A DNA stretch of 64,000 bases from Somniosus microcephalus. Taxonomy: Eukaryota. Location: NCBI GenBank assembly GCA_052327205.1, contig CM126205.1, forward strand, positions 258,478,001-258,542,000. Reading direction: 5' to 3'. The notes under the pieces are model-generated. The model did not search any database, was not told where the DNA came from, and saw only the letters and a program-made list of their open reading frames with translations. The position numbers were made by a program, and so were the translations under genes. Positions 23,281-33,980 of this stretch are shown piece by piece (within the stretch, counting starts at the first letter, position 1; each line of letters begins with the position of its first letter).

Positions 23281-26200
23281 ATACATAGATACATAGAAGA
23301 TAGGAGCAGGAGTAGGCCATTCGGCCCTTCGTGCCTGCTCCGCCATTCGATGAGATCATGGCTGATCCTTTAATTCAGTATCCCGTCCCCGCCTTCTCTC
23401 CGTAACCCTTAACCCCTTTTGCCCGTAGAAATATATCTAATTCCCTCTTAAATATATTTAATGAGCTGGCGTACACTGCCCTCTGTGGCAATGAGTTCCA
23501 CAGGTTCACCACTCTCTGAGTGAAGAAATTCCCCCTCATCTCTGTCCTAAATGGTTTAGCCCTTATCCTTAAATTATGTCCTCTAGTTCTGTTCTCACCC
23601 GCCAAGGGAAACATTCCTTCTGCATCCAGTCTGTCTAGACCTGTCAGAATTTTATACACTTCTATGAGGTCCCCTCTCAATCTTCTAAACTCCAGTGTGT
23701 ACATCCCTAAACTACATAGTCTCTCCTCATAGGTCATTCCCGCCATTCCTGGTATCAGCCTGGTGAATCGCCGCTGCACCCCCTCCATGGCAAGAACATC
23801 CTTCCTCAGATGAGGCGACCAAAACTGTACACAGTACTCGAGGTGTGGTCTCACCAGTGCCCTGTACAGCTGCAGCAAGGTATCCCTGTTCCTGTATTCT
23901 AACCCTTTTGCTATGAAGGCCAGCATACCGTTTGCCTTCTTGACCGCCTGTTGCACCTGCATGCTCGCCTTCAGTGACTGGTGTACAAGAACACCCAGGT
24001 CTCTCTGTACTTCCCCCTCTCCCAATCTATTGCCATTTAAATAATAATTTGCCCTCCCGTTCCTGCACCCAAGGTGGATAACTTCGCACTTGTCCACATT
24101 ATAGTGCATCTGCCATTTATCCGCCCAATCGCCCAGTCTGTCCAAATCGCTCTGGAGCTTCCTGGTCTCTTCCTCTGAGCCCACCCCCCCTCCTAGTTTA
24201 GTGTCGTCTGCAAATTTGGAAATGCTGCATCCGACTCCCTGATCCAGGTCATTAATGTAAATTGTGAACAGCTGGGGGCCCAGGACAGATCCCTGTGGTA
24301 CCCCACTTGTTACTGCCTGCCATTCAGAAAATGAGCCGTTTATTCCAACTCTCTGTTTTCTATCTGACAGCCAGTTCCCTATCCACGCCAAAACTTTCCC
24401 CTTTATCCCATGAGCCTCAATTTTCCATGCTAATCTTTTATGTGGGACCTTATCGAAGGCCTTTTGGAAGTCCAGGTACACCACATCTACTGGCTCTCCC
24501 CCATCTATTCTACCAGTTACTCCCTCAAAAAATTCCAATAGATTAGTCAAGCACGATTTACCCTTTGTAAATCCATGTTGACTCTGTCCTATCCTGTCCC
24601 CATTTGCTAAGTGCTCCGCTATTTCATCCTTAATGATGGACTCCAGCATTTTGCCCACAACTGATGTAAGGCTTACAGGTCTGTAATTACCTGCTTTTTC
24701 CCTACCCCCCTTTTTGAATAGTGGGGTAACGTTAGCTACCCTCCAATCCATCGGCACTGTTCCCGAGTCTAATGAATTCTGAAAAATCATCCTTAGTGCA
24801 TCCGCTATCTCTAGGGCCACCTCCTTCAGTACCCTAGGATGCATGTTATCAGGCCCTGGGGATTTGTCCACCTTCAATCCCTTTAGCTTCCTTAACACCA
24901 TATCCTTAGAGATATTGATTTGCGTCAGTTCCTCCTTTGCCAATGTCCCTATTTTTCCCGATATCCCAGGGAGGTTTTTTGTGTCTTCCTTCGTAAAGAC
25001 TGACCCAAAGTATGCATTTAGTTGATCTGCCATTTCCTTATTTCCCATTATATATTCCCCCGTATCTGACTGCAATGGACCAACTTTGGTTTTCACCAGT
25101 CTTTTCCTTTTGATATATTTATAAAAGCTTTTGGAGTTAGTTTTTATATTTTCCGCCAGCTTGTTTTCGTAAGCTATTTTGCCCCTCTTGATCATGCCCT
25201 TTGCCCTCCTTTGCTCTATCTTAAACTGTTCCCAATCTTCCGCTCTGGCGCTTTTTTTGGCTATTTTATACGCCCTATCTTTGGATTTTATGCTGTCTCT
25301 AATTTCCCCTGTTATCCACGGTTGAGTCACCTTTCTAGATTTCCTTTTATGCCAGATTGGTATAAACAATTTTTGCAATTTTGTCATTCTATCTTTAAAT
25401 GTTTGCCATTGTTTATCTACCTCCAGTCCTCCCAGGAACGTTGTCCAATCAGACCTACTCAGTTCCCGTCTCATGGCATCATAATTCCCCTTGTTTAAAT
25501 TCAGGACCTTAGTCTCTGAGTCAATTTCTTCGCTCTCCATTTCGAGTGAGAAATCGATCATGTTATGATCGCTCTGACCCAAGGGTCCCCGTACAACAAG
25601 ATTACTGATTAGTCCCTTCTCATTGCACAGTACCCAGTCCAATATAGCCTGTTCCCGAGTTGGTTCCTCGACATATTGATCCAGATAACCATCCCTTAAA
25701 CACTCAAGGAATTCCTCCTCCTCATTATTTTTACTGATTAGGCTAGTCCAATCTATATGTAAGTTAAAGTCACCTATGATGACAGCTGTGCTCTTATTGC
25801 ACGCTTCTCTAATTTCCCTCGTGATGCCCTCCCTAACCTCTATTTTACTATTTGGAGGCCTATATACCACTCCTATTAATGTTTTTCGCCCCTCGCTATT
25901 TCTTAGCTCCACCCATATAGATTCTGTATTAACTGAGTTAATATCCTTCTTTTCAATTGCATTTATCCCCTCTTTTACTAGCAATGCTACCCCTCCTCCC
26001 TTTCTTTTTTGTCGATCCTTCCTAAATACTGAATACCCCTGTATGTTAAGCTCCCAGCCCTGCTCACCCTGCAACCATGTTTCCGTAATCCCAATTAGAT
26101 CATAATTATTAACCTCTATTTCCACAGCTAATTCATCTACCTTGTTCCTGATGCTTCTCGCATTAAGGTATAAAACCCTCAGGCTTTTTTTATGCTCACA

Positions 26201-26326
26201 TTTTTTATGAATTAGTTTGGCCCTTTGTTTTTTGTTCCTCACCCTTTTACCATTTATTTCTGTCTGCCTTTCACTTTCCTCTATTTCACTACATAGGTTT
26301 CTAGCCCCCTGCCATACTAGTTTAAA
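23281..26326 (-). mobile_element. CR1 LINE (copy B), 5'-truncated at the ORF1/ORF2 junction, young
   Basis: Uninterrupted ORF2, CR1 3' stem and (TATGTATC)n tail; host copy A resumes at 26327. Confidence 0.95.
23375..26326 (-). CDS. CR1 ORF2, AP endonuclease + reverse transcriptase, intact
   Basis: YLNARSIRNK, ITETWL, GDFN, SDH; NYRPVSLTS, LDFQKAFDKV, GVPQGSVLGP, FADD. The listed 955-aa ORF starts at a GTG (26242), but the frame stays open 28 codons further to TTT AAA at 26326. Confidence 0.95.
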   Translation of the reverse strand, partial: FKLVWQGARNLCSEIEESERQTEINGKRVRNKKQRAKLIHKKCEHKKSLRVLYLNARSIRNKVDELAVEIEVNNYDLIGITETWLQGEQGWELNIQGYSVFRKDRQKRKGGGVALLVKEGINAIEKKDINSVNTESIWVELRNSEGRKTLIGVVYRPPNSKIEVREGITREIREACNKSTAVIIGDFNLHIDWTSLISKNNEEEEFLECLRDGYLDQYVEEPTREQAILDWVLCNEKGLISNLVVRGPLGQSDHNMIDFSLEMESEEIDSETKVLNLNKGNYDAMRRELSRSDWTTFLGGLEVDKQWQTFKDRMTKLQKLFIPIWHKRKSRKVTQPWITGEIRDSIKSKDRAYKIAKKSARAEDWEQFKIEQRRAKGMIKRGKIAYENKLAENIKTNSKSFYKYIKRKRLVKTKVGPLQSDTGEYIMGNKEMADQLNAYFGSVFTKEDTKNLPGISGKIGTLAKEELTQINISKDMVLRKLKGLKVDKSPGPDNMHPRVLKEVALEIADALRMIFQNSLDSGTVPMDWRVANVTPLFKKGGREKAGNYRPVSLTSVVGKMLESIIKDEIAEHLANGDRIGQSQHGFTKGKSCLTNLLEFFEGVTGRIDGGEPVDVVYLDFQKAFDKVPHKRLAWKIEAHGIKGKVLAWIGNWLSDRKQRVGINGSFSEWQAVTSGVPQGSVLGPQLFTIYINDLDQGVGCSISKFADDTKLGGGVGSEEETRKLQSDLDRLGDWADKWQMHYNVDKCEVIHLGCRNGRANYYLNGNRLGEGEVQRDLGVLVHQSLKASMQVQQAVKKANGMLAFIAKGLEYRNRDTLLQLYRALVRPHLEYCVQFWSPHLRKDVLAMEGVQRRFTRLIPGMAGMTYEERLCSLGMYTLEFRRLRGDLIEVYKILTGLDRLDAEGMFPLAGENRTRGHNLRIRAKPFRTEMRGNFFTQRVVNLWNSLPQRAVYASSLNIFKRELDIFLRAKGVKGYGEKAGTGY

Positions 26327-26447
26327 TGCTTCTCTTTTATTCCTTTAAGTTGGTAAGTCCTATTGAATAGTGGTGTAATAGTATCATCTATATCGGGGCA
26401 AAGGGTCTTCATAACTAATAATAATAAATTTAATTAATTACATAGAT

Positions 26448-27395
26448 ATGGGTGAACAGGTGATGTGTCACTGTTGCGAAATGTGGGAGCTGGTGGACCC
26501 CATTGAGGCTCACAGTGATTACATTTGCGATAAGTGTTTGCTGCTAGAGGAACTCAACCTCCATGTTAAAGAGCTTGAGACCGAGCTTCAGACACTGCGA
26601 CACATCAGGGAGGGGGAGAAGTTCCTGGACTCTATGTTGCAGGAGGTGGTCACACCTATGAAATTAATTACTGTAGATGTAGTCCGTGGTCAGGGACAGG
26701 ACGGTGTGACTACAAGTGAGGAAAGGGATCCAGGATGTAGTGTTGAAGGAGACGCAGCCCTTGCTCTTGTCAAGCAGGATCGAGGTTCTTACTCCCTGTG
26801 AGGGTGGGAGCGGGGACTGCAGGGAGGATGAGCAACCTGGCCACAGCACCGTGGAACAGGGGGCCATTCAAGTGGAGGGAGTAAAAAGAAATGTTGTAGT
26901 GGTAGGGGATAGTATCATTAGGGGGATAGATAGGGTTCTCTGCAGTTGAGAGCGGGAGTCCCGAAGGCTGTGTTGCCTGCCCGGTGCCAGGGTTAAGGAC
27001 ATCTCTTCTGTGCTGGAAAGAAACTTGGAGTGGGAGGGGGAGGATCCAGTTGTCGTGGTCCATGTTGGTACAAACGACGTAGATAGGACAAGGAAGATGG
27101 TTCTGTTAAAGGAGTATGAGCAGCTAGGGGTCAAATTAAAAAACAGAACCTCAAGGGTAATAATCTCTGGGTTATTACCTGAGCCACGAGCAAATTTGGC
27201 TAGGATAAATAAAAAGAGTTAAATGCGTGGCTCAAAGACTGGTGTGGGAGAAATGGGTTTTGCTTCTTGGGACACTGGCACCAGTACTGGGACAGGAGGG
27301 AGCTGTTCCGTTGGGACGGACTCCACTTGGCCAGTGCTGGGACTAGAGTCCTGGCGAATCATATAACTAGGGCTGTAGAGAGGGCTTTAAACTAA
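26448..27395 (+). pseudogene. CR1 ORF1 (zinc finger, coiled coil, SGNH esterase), disrupted
   Basis: CHCCEMWE..YICDKC, leucine-zipper heptads, VVVGDSIIRG, VHVGTND, DGLHL; ends RALN*; contains frameshifts and a stop. Confidence 0.88.
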
Positions 27396-30388
27396 TTAGT
27401 GGGGGGAAGGTTTCTCGAGAGCAAATAATAGAAATGACAACGGAGAAGGTCATAGACTTGGGTAGCAGTGGGGGAATTAAAAAACAGAACGTGTCAGGAA
27501 GGGACAGAAGGTATGGAGTAAAAAGTAAAGCACTAAAAGGGGAAAAAACAGGAACTAAGTGTTACAAAACATATTTGAAAGTTCTTTATCTGAATGCACG
27601 TAGCATTCGTAACAAAATGAATGAGTTAACGGCACAAATAACGACATATGGGTATGATCTTGTGGCCATTACAGAAACATGGCTGCAGGGTGACCATGAC
27701 TGTTAAATAACCTGGTATGTTTAAGTCCCAATCAGGAAGGACAGGCAGGAAGGGAGGGGAGGTGGGGTGGCTATGTTAATAAAGGAAGGAATCACTATAA
27801 TACAGAGAAATGATATTGGGTCAAAGGAGCAGGATAGTGAAACAGTTTGGGTGGAGATAAGGAATAATAAGGGGGAAAAAAACACTAGTGGGTGAAGTCT
27901 ATAGGCCTCCGAACAGTTGCAACTCTGTTGGACGGAGTATTAATCAGGAAATAGTTGAGGCTTGTAATAAGGGAACAGCTATAATTATGGGGGATTTTAA
28001 TTATCATATTAACTGGACAAATCAAATTGGGCAGAGCAGCCTTGAGGATGAGTTCATTGAGTGTATTAGGGATGGGTTTCTTGAGCAGTATGTAACTGAA
28101 CCAACCGGGGGCAAGCAACCTTAGATTTGGTCCTGTGTAATGAGACAGGATTAATTAAAAATGTCCTAGTAAAGGATCCCCTTGGAATGAGTGACCATAA
28201 CATGGTTGAATTCCATATTCAATTAGAGGGTGAGAAGGTTGGATCTCAAACAAGCGTGCTGAGCTTGAATAAAGGAGACTATGAAGGTATGAGAGCGGAA
28301 TTGAGTAGAGTGGACTGGGAAAATAGATTAAAGGGTAAGACGGTACATGATCAGTGGTGTACATTTAAGGAGTTATTTTACAACTTCCAAAAAATATATA
28401 TTCCACTGAGGGGAAAAAAGGGTGTAAAAGAAAAGATAGCCATCCGTGGCTAAGTAAAGTAATTAAGGATAGTATCCGACTAAAAACAAGGGCATATAAG
28501 GTAGCCAAATCTAGTGGGAGGATAGAAGATTGGGAAGTCTTTAAAAGACAGCAAAAAATAACTAAAAGATTGATTAAGAAAGGGAAGATAGATTATGAAA
28601 GTAAATTAGCAAAAAATATAAAAACAGACAGCAAAAGTTTCTATAGTTATATAAAAAGTAGAAGGGTGGCTAAAGTAAATGTTGGTCCCTTAGAGGATGA
28701 GACCGGGAAATTAATGGTGGGAAACATGGAGATGGCAAAAACGCTGAACAATTATTTTGTATCAGTCTTTACGGTAGAGGACACTAAGAATATCCCAACA
28801 CTGGACAAACAGGGGGCCCTAGGGGGGGAGGAGCTAAATACGATTAAAATCACTAAGGATGTGGTACTTGGTAAAATAATGGGACTCAAGGCGGATAAAT
28901 CCCCTGGACCTGATGGCTTGCATCCTAGGGTCTTGAGGGAAGTGGCGGTAGGGATTGTGGATGCATTGGTAATAATTTTCCAAAACTCCCTGGACTCAGC
29001 AAAGGTCCCGGCAGATTGGAAAACTGCTAATGTAACACCCTTATTTAAAAAGGGTAGTAGGCAGAAGGCTGGAAACTATAGACCTGTTAGCCTAACATCT
29101 GTGGTTGGTAAAATGTTAGAGTCCATTATTAAGGAGACAGTAACGGGACATTTGGATAAACATAATTTAATAGGACAAACTCAGCATGGTTTCATGAAGG
29201 GGAAGTCATGTTTGACAAATTTGCTTGAGTTCTTTGAGGAAGTAACATACAGGGTGGATAAAGGGGAACCAGTGGACGTAGTGTATTTAGACTTCCAAAA
29301 GGCATTTGACAAGGTGCCACACAAAAGATTATTGCTCAAGATAAAAAAAAATCACGGGATTGGGGGTAATATTCTGGCGTGGGTGGAGGATTGGCTCTCT
29401 AACAGAAAGCAGAGAGTTGGGATAAATGGTTCGTTCTCAGACTGGCAACCAGTAACTAGTGGTGTTCCGCAGGGGTCAGTGCTGGGTCCCCAACTCTTTA
29501 CAATCTATATTAACGATTTGGAGGAGGGAACCGAGTGTAGCATATCAAAGTTTGCAGATGATACAAAGATGGGACGGAAAGTAGTGAGTGAGGAGGACAT
29601 AAAAAACCTGCAAAGGGACATAGACAGGCTAAATAAGTGGGCAGAGATTTGGCAGATGGAATACAATACTGGAAAGTGTGAGGTTATGCACTTTGGCAGG
29701 AAAAATCATCGAGCAAGTTATTATCTTGATGGCAAGAAACTGGAAAGTACTGTAGTACAAAGGGATCTGGGGGTCCTGGTGCACGAAACTCAAAAAGTTA
29801 GTATGCAGGTGCAGCAAGTGATCAAGAAGGCCAATGGAATGTTGGCTTTTATTGCTAGGGGGATAGAATATAAAAACAGGGAGGTATTGCTGCAGTTGTA
29901 CAAGGTATTGGTGAGACTGCACCTGGAATACTGCATACAGTTTTGGTGTCCATACTTAAGAAAAGACATACTTGCTCTCGAGTCAGTACAAAGAAGGTTC
30001 ACTCGGTTAATCCCGGGGGTGATGGGGTGGTCATATGAGGAGAGGTTGAGTAGATTGGGCCTCTACTCATTGGAGTTCAGAAGAATGAGAGGCGATCTTA
30101 TTGAAACATATAAGATTGTGAAGGGGCTTGATCGGGTGGATGCGGTGAGGATGTTCCTAATGATGGGTGAAACTAGAACTAGGGGGCATAATCTTAGAAT
30201 AAGGGGCTGCTCTTTCAAAACTGAGATGAGGAGAAACTTCTTCACTCAGGGTGGTAGGTTTGTGGAATTTGCTGCCCCAGAAAGCTGTGGAAGCTACATC
30301 ATTAAATAAATTTAAAACAGAAATAGATAGTTTCCTAGAAGTAAAGGGAATTAAGGGTTACGGGGAGCGGGCAGGAAATTGGACATGA
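27386..30388 (+). pseudogene. CR1 ORF2 (EN-RT), disrupted
   Basis: ORF pieces 27434-27706, 27888-28453 and 28570-30309 carry all EN/RT motifs, with several frameshifts. Confidence 0.92.
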
Positions 30389-30574
30389 GTCTAGGTTCGG
30401 CATGGTCATGGCCCTGTGGGTAGTGGAGTGGGCCCAGGGGCCGTGTAGCCTGGTTCTGCTCCTACTGTGTTCTAATTCTGTGTTAGATTTCAGGAGATGG
30501 TTTTATTCCTGTTCCTGGCTGGGGTGGAGATCGCCTTTACAGAAGGTAAGTACTGTAGAAAATATAGGGACAGC

Positions 30575-30694
30575 GTGATCTCCTGGACGAGTTTCGATCG
30601 CCTAGATGGGTCGGAGAGGAATTTCCCAGATTTTTTTCTCCCAAATTGGCCATTGGGTCTTTTATCTGGTTTTTCGCCTCTCCCGGGAGATCAC
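30575..30694 (+). other. Predicted multi-helix RNA structure in CR1 3' UTR
   Basis: GTGATCTCCTGG/CCGGGAGATCAC closing helix enclosing TTCGATC/GGTCGGA, GAGG/CCTC, CCAGAT/ATCTGG and CCCAA/TTGGG. Confidence 0.6.
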
Positions 30695-32070
30695 ATGGGC
30701 TCGGGTGGATGGGGAGTGATAGAAGATTTGAGGTTAGGATCAGATCAGCCATGATCTTATTGAATGGTGGAGCAGGCTCGAGGGGCCGATTGGCCTACTC
30801 CTGCTCCTATTTCTTATGTTCTTATGAATAATCAAACTGTTACATATTTACAGTAGTGAAGTAGTTCTATAATTTTAGTTATAAGTCTAACTCCCCAACA
30901 AGACTAAATAATAAAAATATATTTTGATTCTAAATGGGTCATTAGAAGATCCAAGAGAGAAACTGTGGTTGTCTCCTTTCTTCATTTTAATTCTAAGGGA
31001 ATCCCTGTGAATCTGAGATCACTGCTTATCCCTGTGTCATTTCCTGAAAGTCTGTCCTTTGTCGAATATCAAATATAGAGCAAACCATCATTTGATGAAC
31101 CAATCTTGCTGGAACATGCATTAGGTCATAGAAAATGTGTTTGTTATTTGCCTGTTCACATTTCTAGGTCATTGTGCGCCCTCAGCAATAACCAGGGTCA
31201 ATTTTGTCTGGCATCGGTGCTTCTTGTGCGTCTCCTGTGACAAGCTGCAGATTTCTGCTTTTTTAAGTGAATATTCCAGGAGAAGCCACCACATTGACCA
31301 TAATCAGAAATATTTGCAAAAATATACCACAATGCATCTAATTTACACAGTAGAAAGTTTTGTTAGTTTCTAATTCTTACCAAGCAGTAGGAGTTCTCTT
31401 CAGGAAGTCAGCATTCTTCACACCATTTCTGAAGTTTGGTGCTGAAATGTAGCATTTCATCAATCACCCTCTGCTTCCAGCATCACCTGCTGCTTCACTA
31501 AAAACACAAAATAGCCTGGGCATCTGGGGCCTTGCTGAATAGTTAAATGATGCTCTTCTTCATTCAGACCTCCCTCATAAACTGTGAACTGTTCCAGTCT
31601 TGTTTGGTTCATGGAAATAGCTTTCTATTTGTCCTGATATCTTTGGGATAGCTCCCTCATGTGACCCTTCCCAATATACTCAGGACTTCTGCAGTATCTA
31701 GTTCTTCACCCTCTTCTCCCCCACCCCAAAATTTGAGATGGTTATCCACACTTCCAGCATCACTTTAATTAAACTTTGAGACAAGCTCTGCAGTTCTTAC
31801 GGGTTCTCAGAGGTAGAAGCACAGTGTTTAGTCCTTGTGCTTGGTTATACTTTCATCTGTCTTTTTGGTTTTTCTCTTCAAATTGGCCAGACAAACTCCT
31901 GCGATTGCAGACTTTCTGCTGAAGTTAAATTAGTTTTATATCAAGGGACACCAAATTCAGAATGCAGATACTGATTGTAATATTCTATGCTCAATTTAAT
32001 GGCTCTTGGGGTGCCACAATCAATTTTTTTTTTAAGAGCTGGATACATTTGTCATGTAATGTTAAATTCA

Positions 32071-32086
32071 CAGCGCCACCTACAGG
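32071..32086 (-). promoter_or_regulatory. Candidate CTCF site
   Basis: Minus strand CCTGTAGGTGGCGCTG, one mismatch to consensus; motif match only. Confidence 0.4.
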
Positions 32087-33163
32087 AGCAGTACCTTTTG
32101 GAATCCCAAGATCACTCACTGTGGGTAATTGTACAGAGTGTTTATTGACACCGCTGTGTCAGCCAGTGAGTTGGAAACCGTGCTGGAGTTATGGCAGGAC
32201 TTGCAGCAAACAGTGTATTTTACAGCAAATAGTCTATTTAAAAAGAGTCTTTATGAACTACAGCCAAAACTCATGATCGAAACTGCAACAACTTTTCTCG
32301 ATAAAAGCAGGGCAATTTCGTCAGCAAAATGCAGGGAGGAGAGTTACATAATACAAATTATGTGTGCAAAATCAATCCCAGTCACTTACAGCAGTGCGGA
32401 CTTCAGGTGTGATTGACGGGGGAATTACCCAATCATCTCCATTCTGGCTGGAATAGTGGTGTCATTATATGCAGCCATAATTGTAACACAGGAACATAGG
32501 CATAGGCTGTTCAACCCTTCATGCCTGTTCCGCTGTTCCATTTTAAACAAAACAAAATGCTGGCTTTATTTTCCACATTCTCTCAGTTGGGATTGCATCA
32601 TTCTGACCTGAGTGTTTTCAGCATTGTCTGTTTTCATGTCCATCATGTGCAGTTTTTTGCTTTTTGTTTACTTCTATTTTATCTAGTCTCCAAAAAAACC
32701 TAGGAACATTCAGAACCCATCCTGGACCAAATGCACTTTAACAGGCTTCTACGGAAAGAGACACTCCAATTGACAAAATTGCTTTTGATTGCGGTGGAAT
32801 GACTCATTTAGTTTGTACCCTGAGTACTGTATGCTGTTTGGTTTGCAACTCCATGCATTTTATCTCACAAATTGTAAATACCTTGCACTCATAATGGGCT
32901 CCTTGGATGATGAGGGAGATAGAGAAGATGATGAAACAAAAAAAGAGGGTGTATGATGAATGTCTGGTGAATTCTTCGAGAGAACTAGACCAAATACAAT
33001 AAGTTGAGAGGGGAACTGAAGATGAAATAAGATTGGCAAAGAGAATATGAGAGTAGAATGGATGTTAACGTAAAAGGGAACCCAAAAATCTTCTACCGGC
33101 ATGTAAATAGTAAGCGGGTAGTAAGAGGCTGGGTGGGGCCTATTGGGGACAAAGAAGGTGATA

Positions 33164-33496
33164 CAGGAAACTCTCTTTTAACCGGCACCTAAATAACTGG
33201 AAATCTCTGTTAACCGGCAACATTCAGGAGTAGGTTCAGGTAAGTTTTACTTCATATTAGTGGCAGTTCCTGGATCTGTGGCTGTGTAACTGGGGTTCGT
33301 GCACTTGTTGCTAAGCAACAGGGACGCTTGGCCGGTGGCCGGAGTTCATGCGCATGTTGCTAAGCAACAGGGAAGCCTGGATTTGTTGCTGTGTACGGAG
33401 CTCTTGCACCTTTTAATTATATCTCTTTGTAATCCGGACTTTTTGATAAACCGGCACCACGCTGGTCCCGTTGGCGCCGGATAATAGAGTTTCCTG
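33164..33496. mobile_element. TA-targeting MITE, copy 2
   Basis: TA|CAGGAAACTCT...AGAGTTTCCTG|TA; GTTGCTAAGCAAC at 33307 and 33356. Confidence 0.93.
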
Positions 33497-33644
33497 TATA
33501 TGCTTAGAAGCGCAGGGCAAGGCTGGAATACTCGATGAGTACTTTGTATTGGTGTTTACTAAGGAGGTGGATGCTGACAAAATATCAGTAGAAGTGGAAA
33601 AGGTAGAAGCAATGGAAGGGGTGAAAATTGATAGACAGGAGGTA

Positions 33645-33980
33645 CAGGAAACTTTGGTTTATCCGGAGGTTGTATGTCCGGAAACCTCGATCTAACGGCA
33701 GAAATCAGCAGCCGTTTTGGTTAGGTTTTTTTTCTTCTAGCATTTTTTTTTTTTAACAGTCAGGCTCTGGAAAGCGTCTCTGTAGCTTAGCAACAGCTTC
33801 AGAGATGCTTCCAAGGTACGGGCCGAGTGTTTACAAGCTGTTGCTAAGCAACAGTGTTTGTTGTCAGATACGGAGATGAAAACCTCCGTATCCTTCAACA
33901 TTAGCGCTGGTCTATCCGGAAGTTTTGATAGATCGGCAGCAGCTCGGTCCCATCAGTGCCGGATATCGCGAAGTTTCCTG
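33645..33980. mobile_element. TA-targeting MITE, copy 3
   Basis: TA|CAGGAAACTT...AAGTTTCCTG|TA; palindromes at 33782 and 33840. Confidence 0.93.

Larger units (their letters stand above)
22885..30826 (+). mobile_element. Near full-length CR1 LINE (copy A), 5' UTR interrupted by an antisense CR1
   Basis: 5' UTR with a duplicated 31-mer (22885, 23083), ORF1 and ORF2 remnants, 3' stem GGCTCGAGGGGCCG..GGCCTACTCCTGCTCC and (TTCTTATG)n tail. Confidence 0.9.

Noticed and set aside
23520-26105. Antisense ORFs over LINE RT regions (also in 29-30 kb, 41-43 kb and 50-52 kb)
   Set aside because: Shadow ORFs produced by codon structure on the opposite strand of TE coding sequence.
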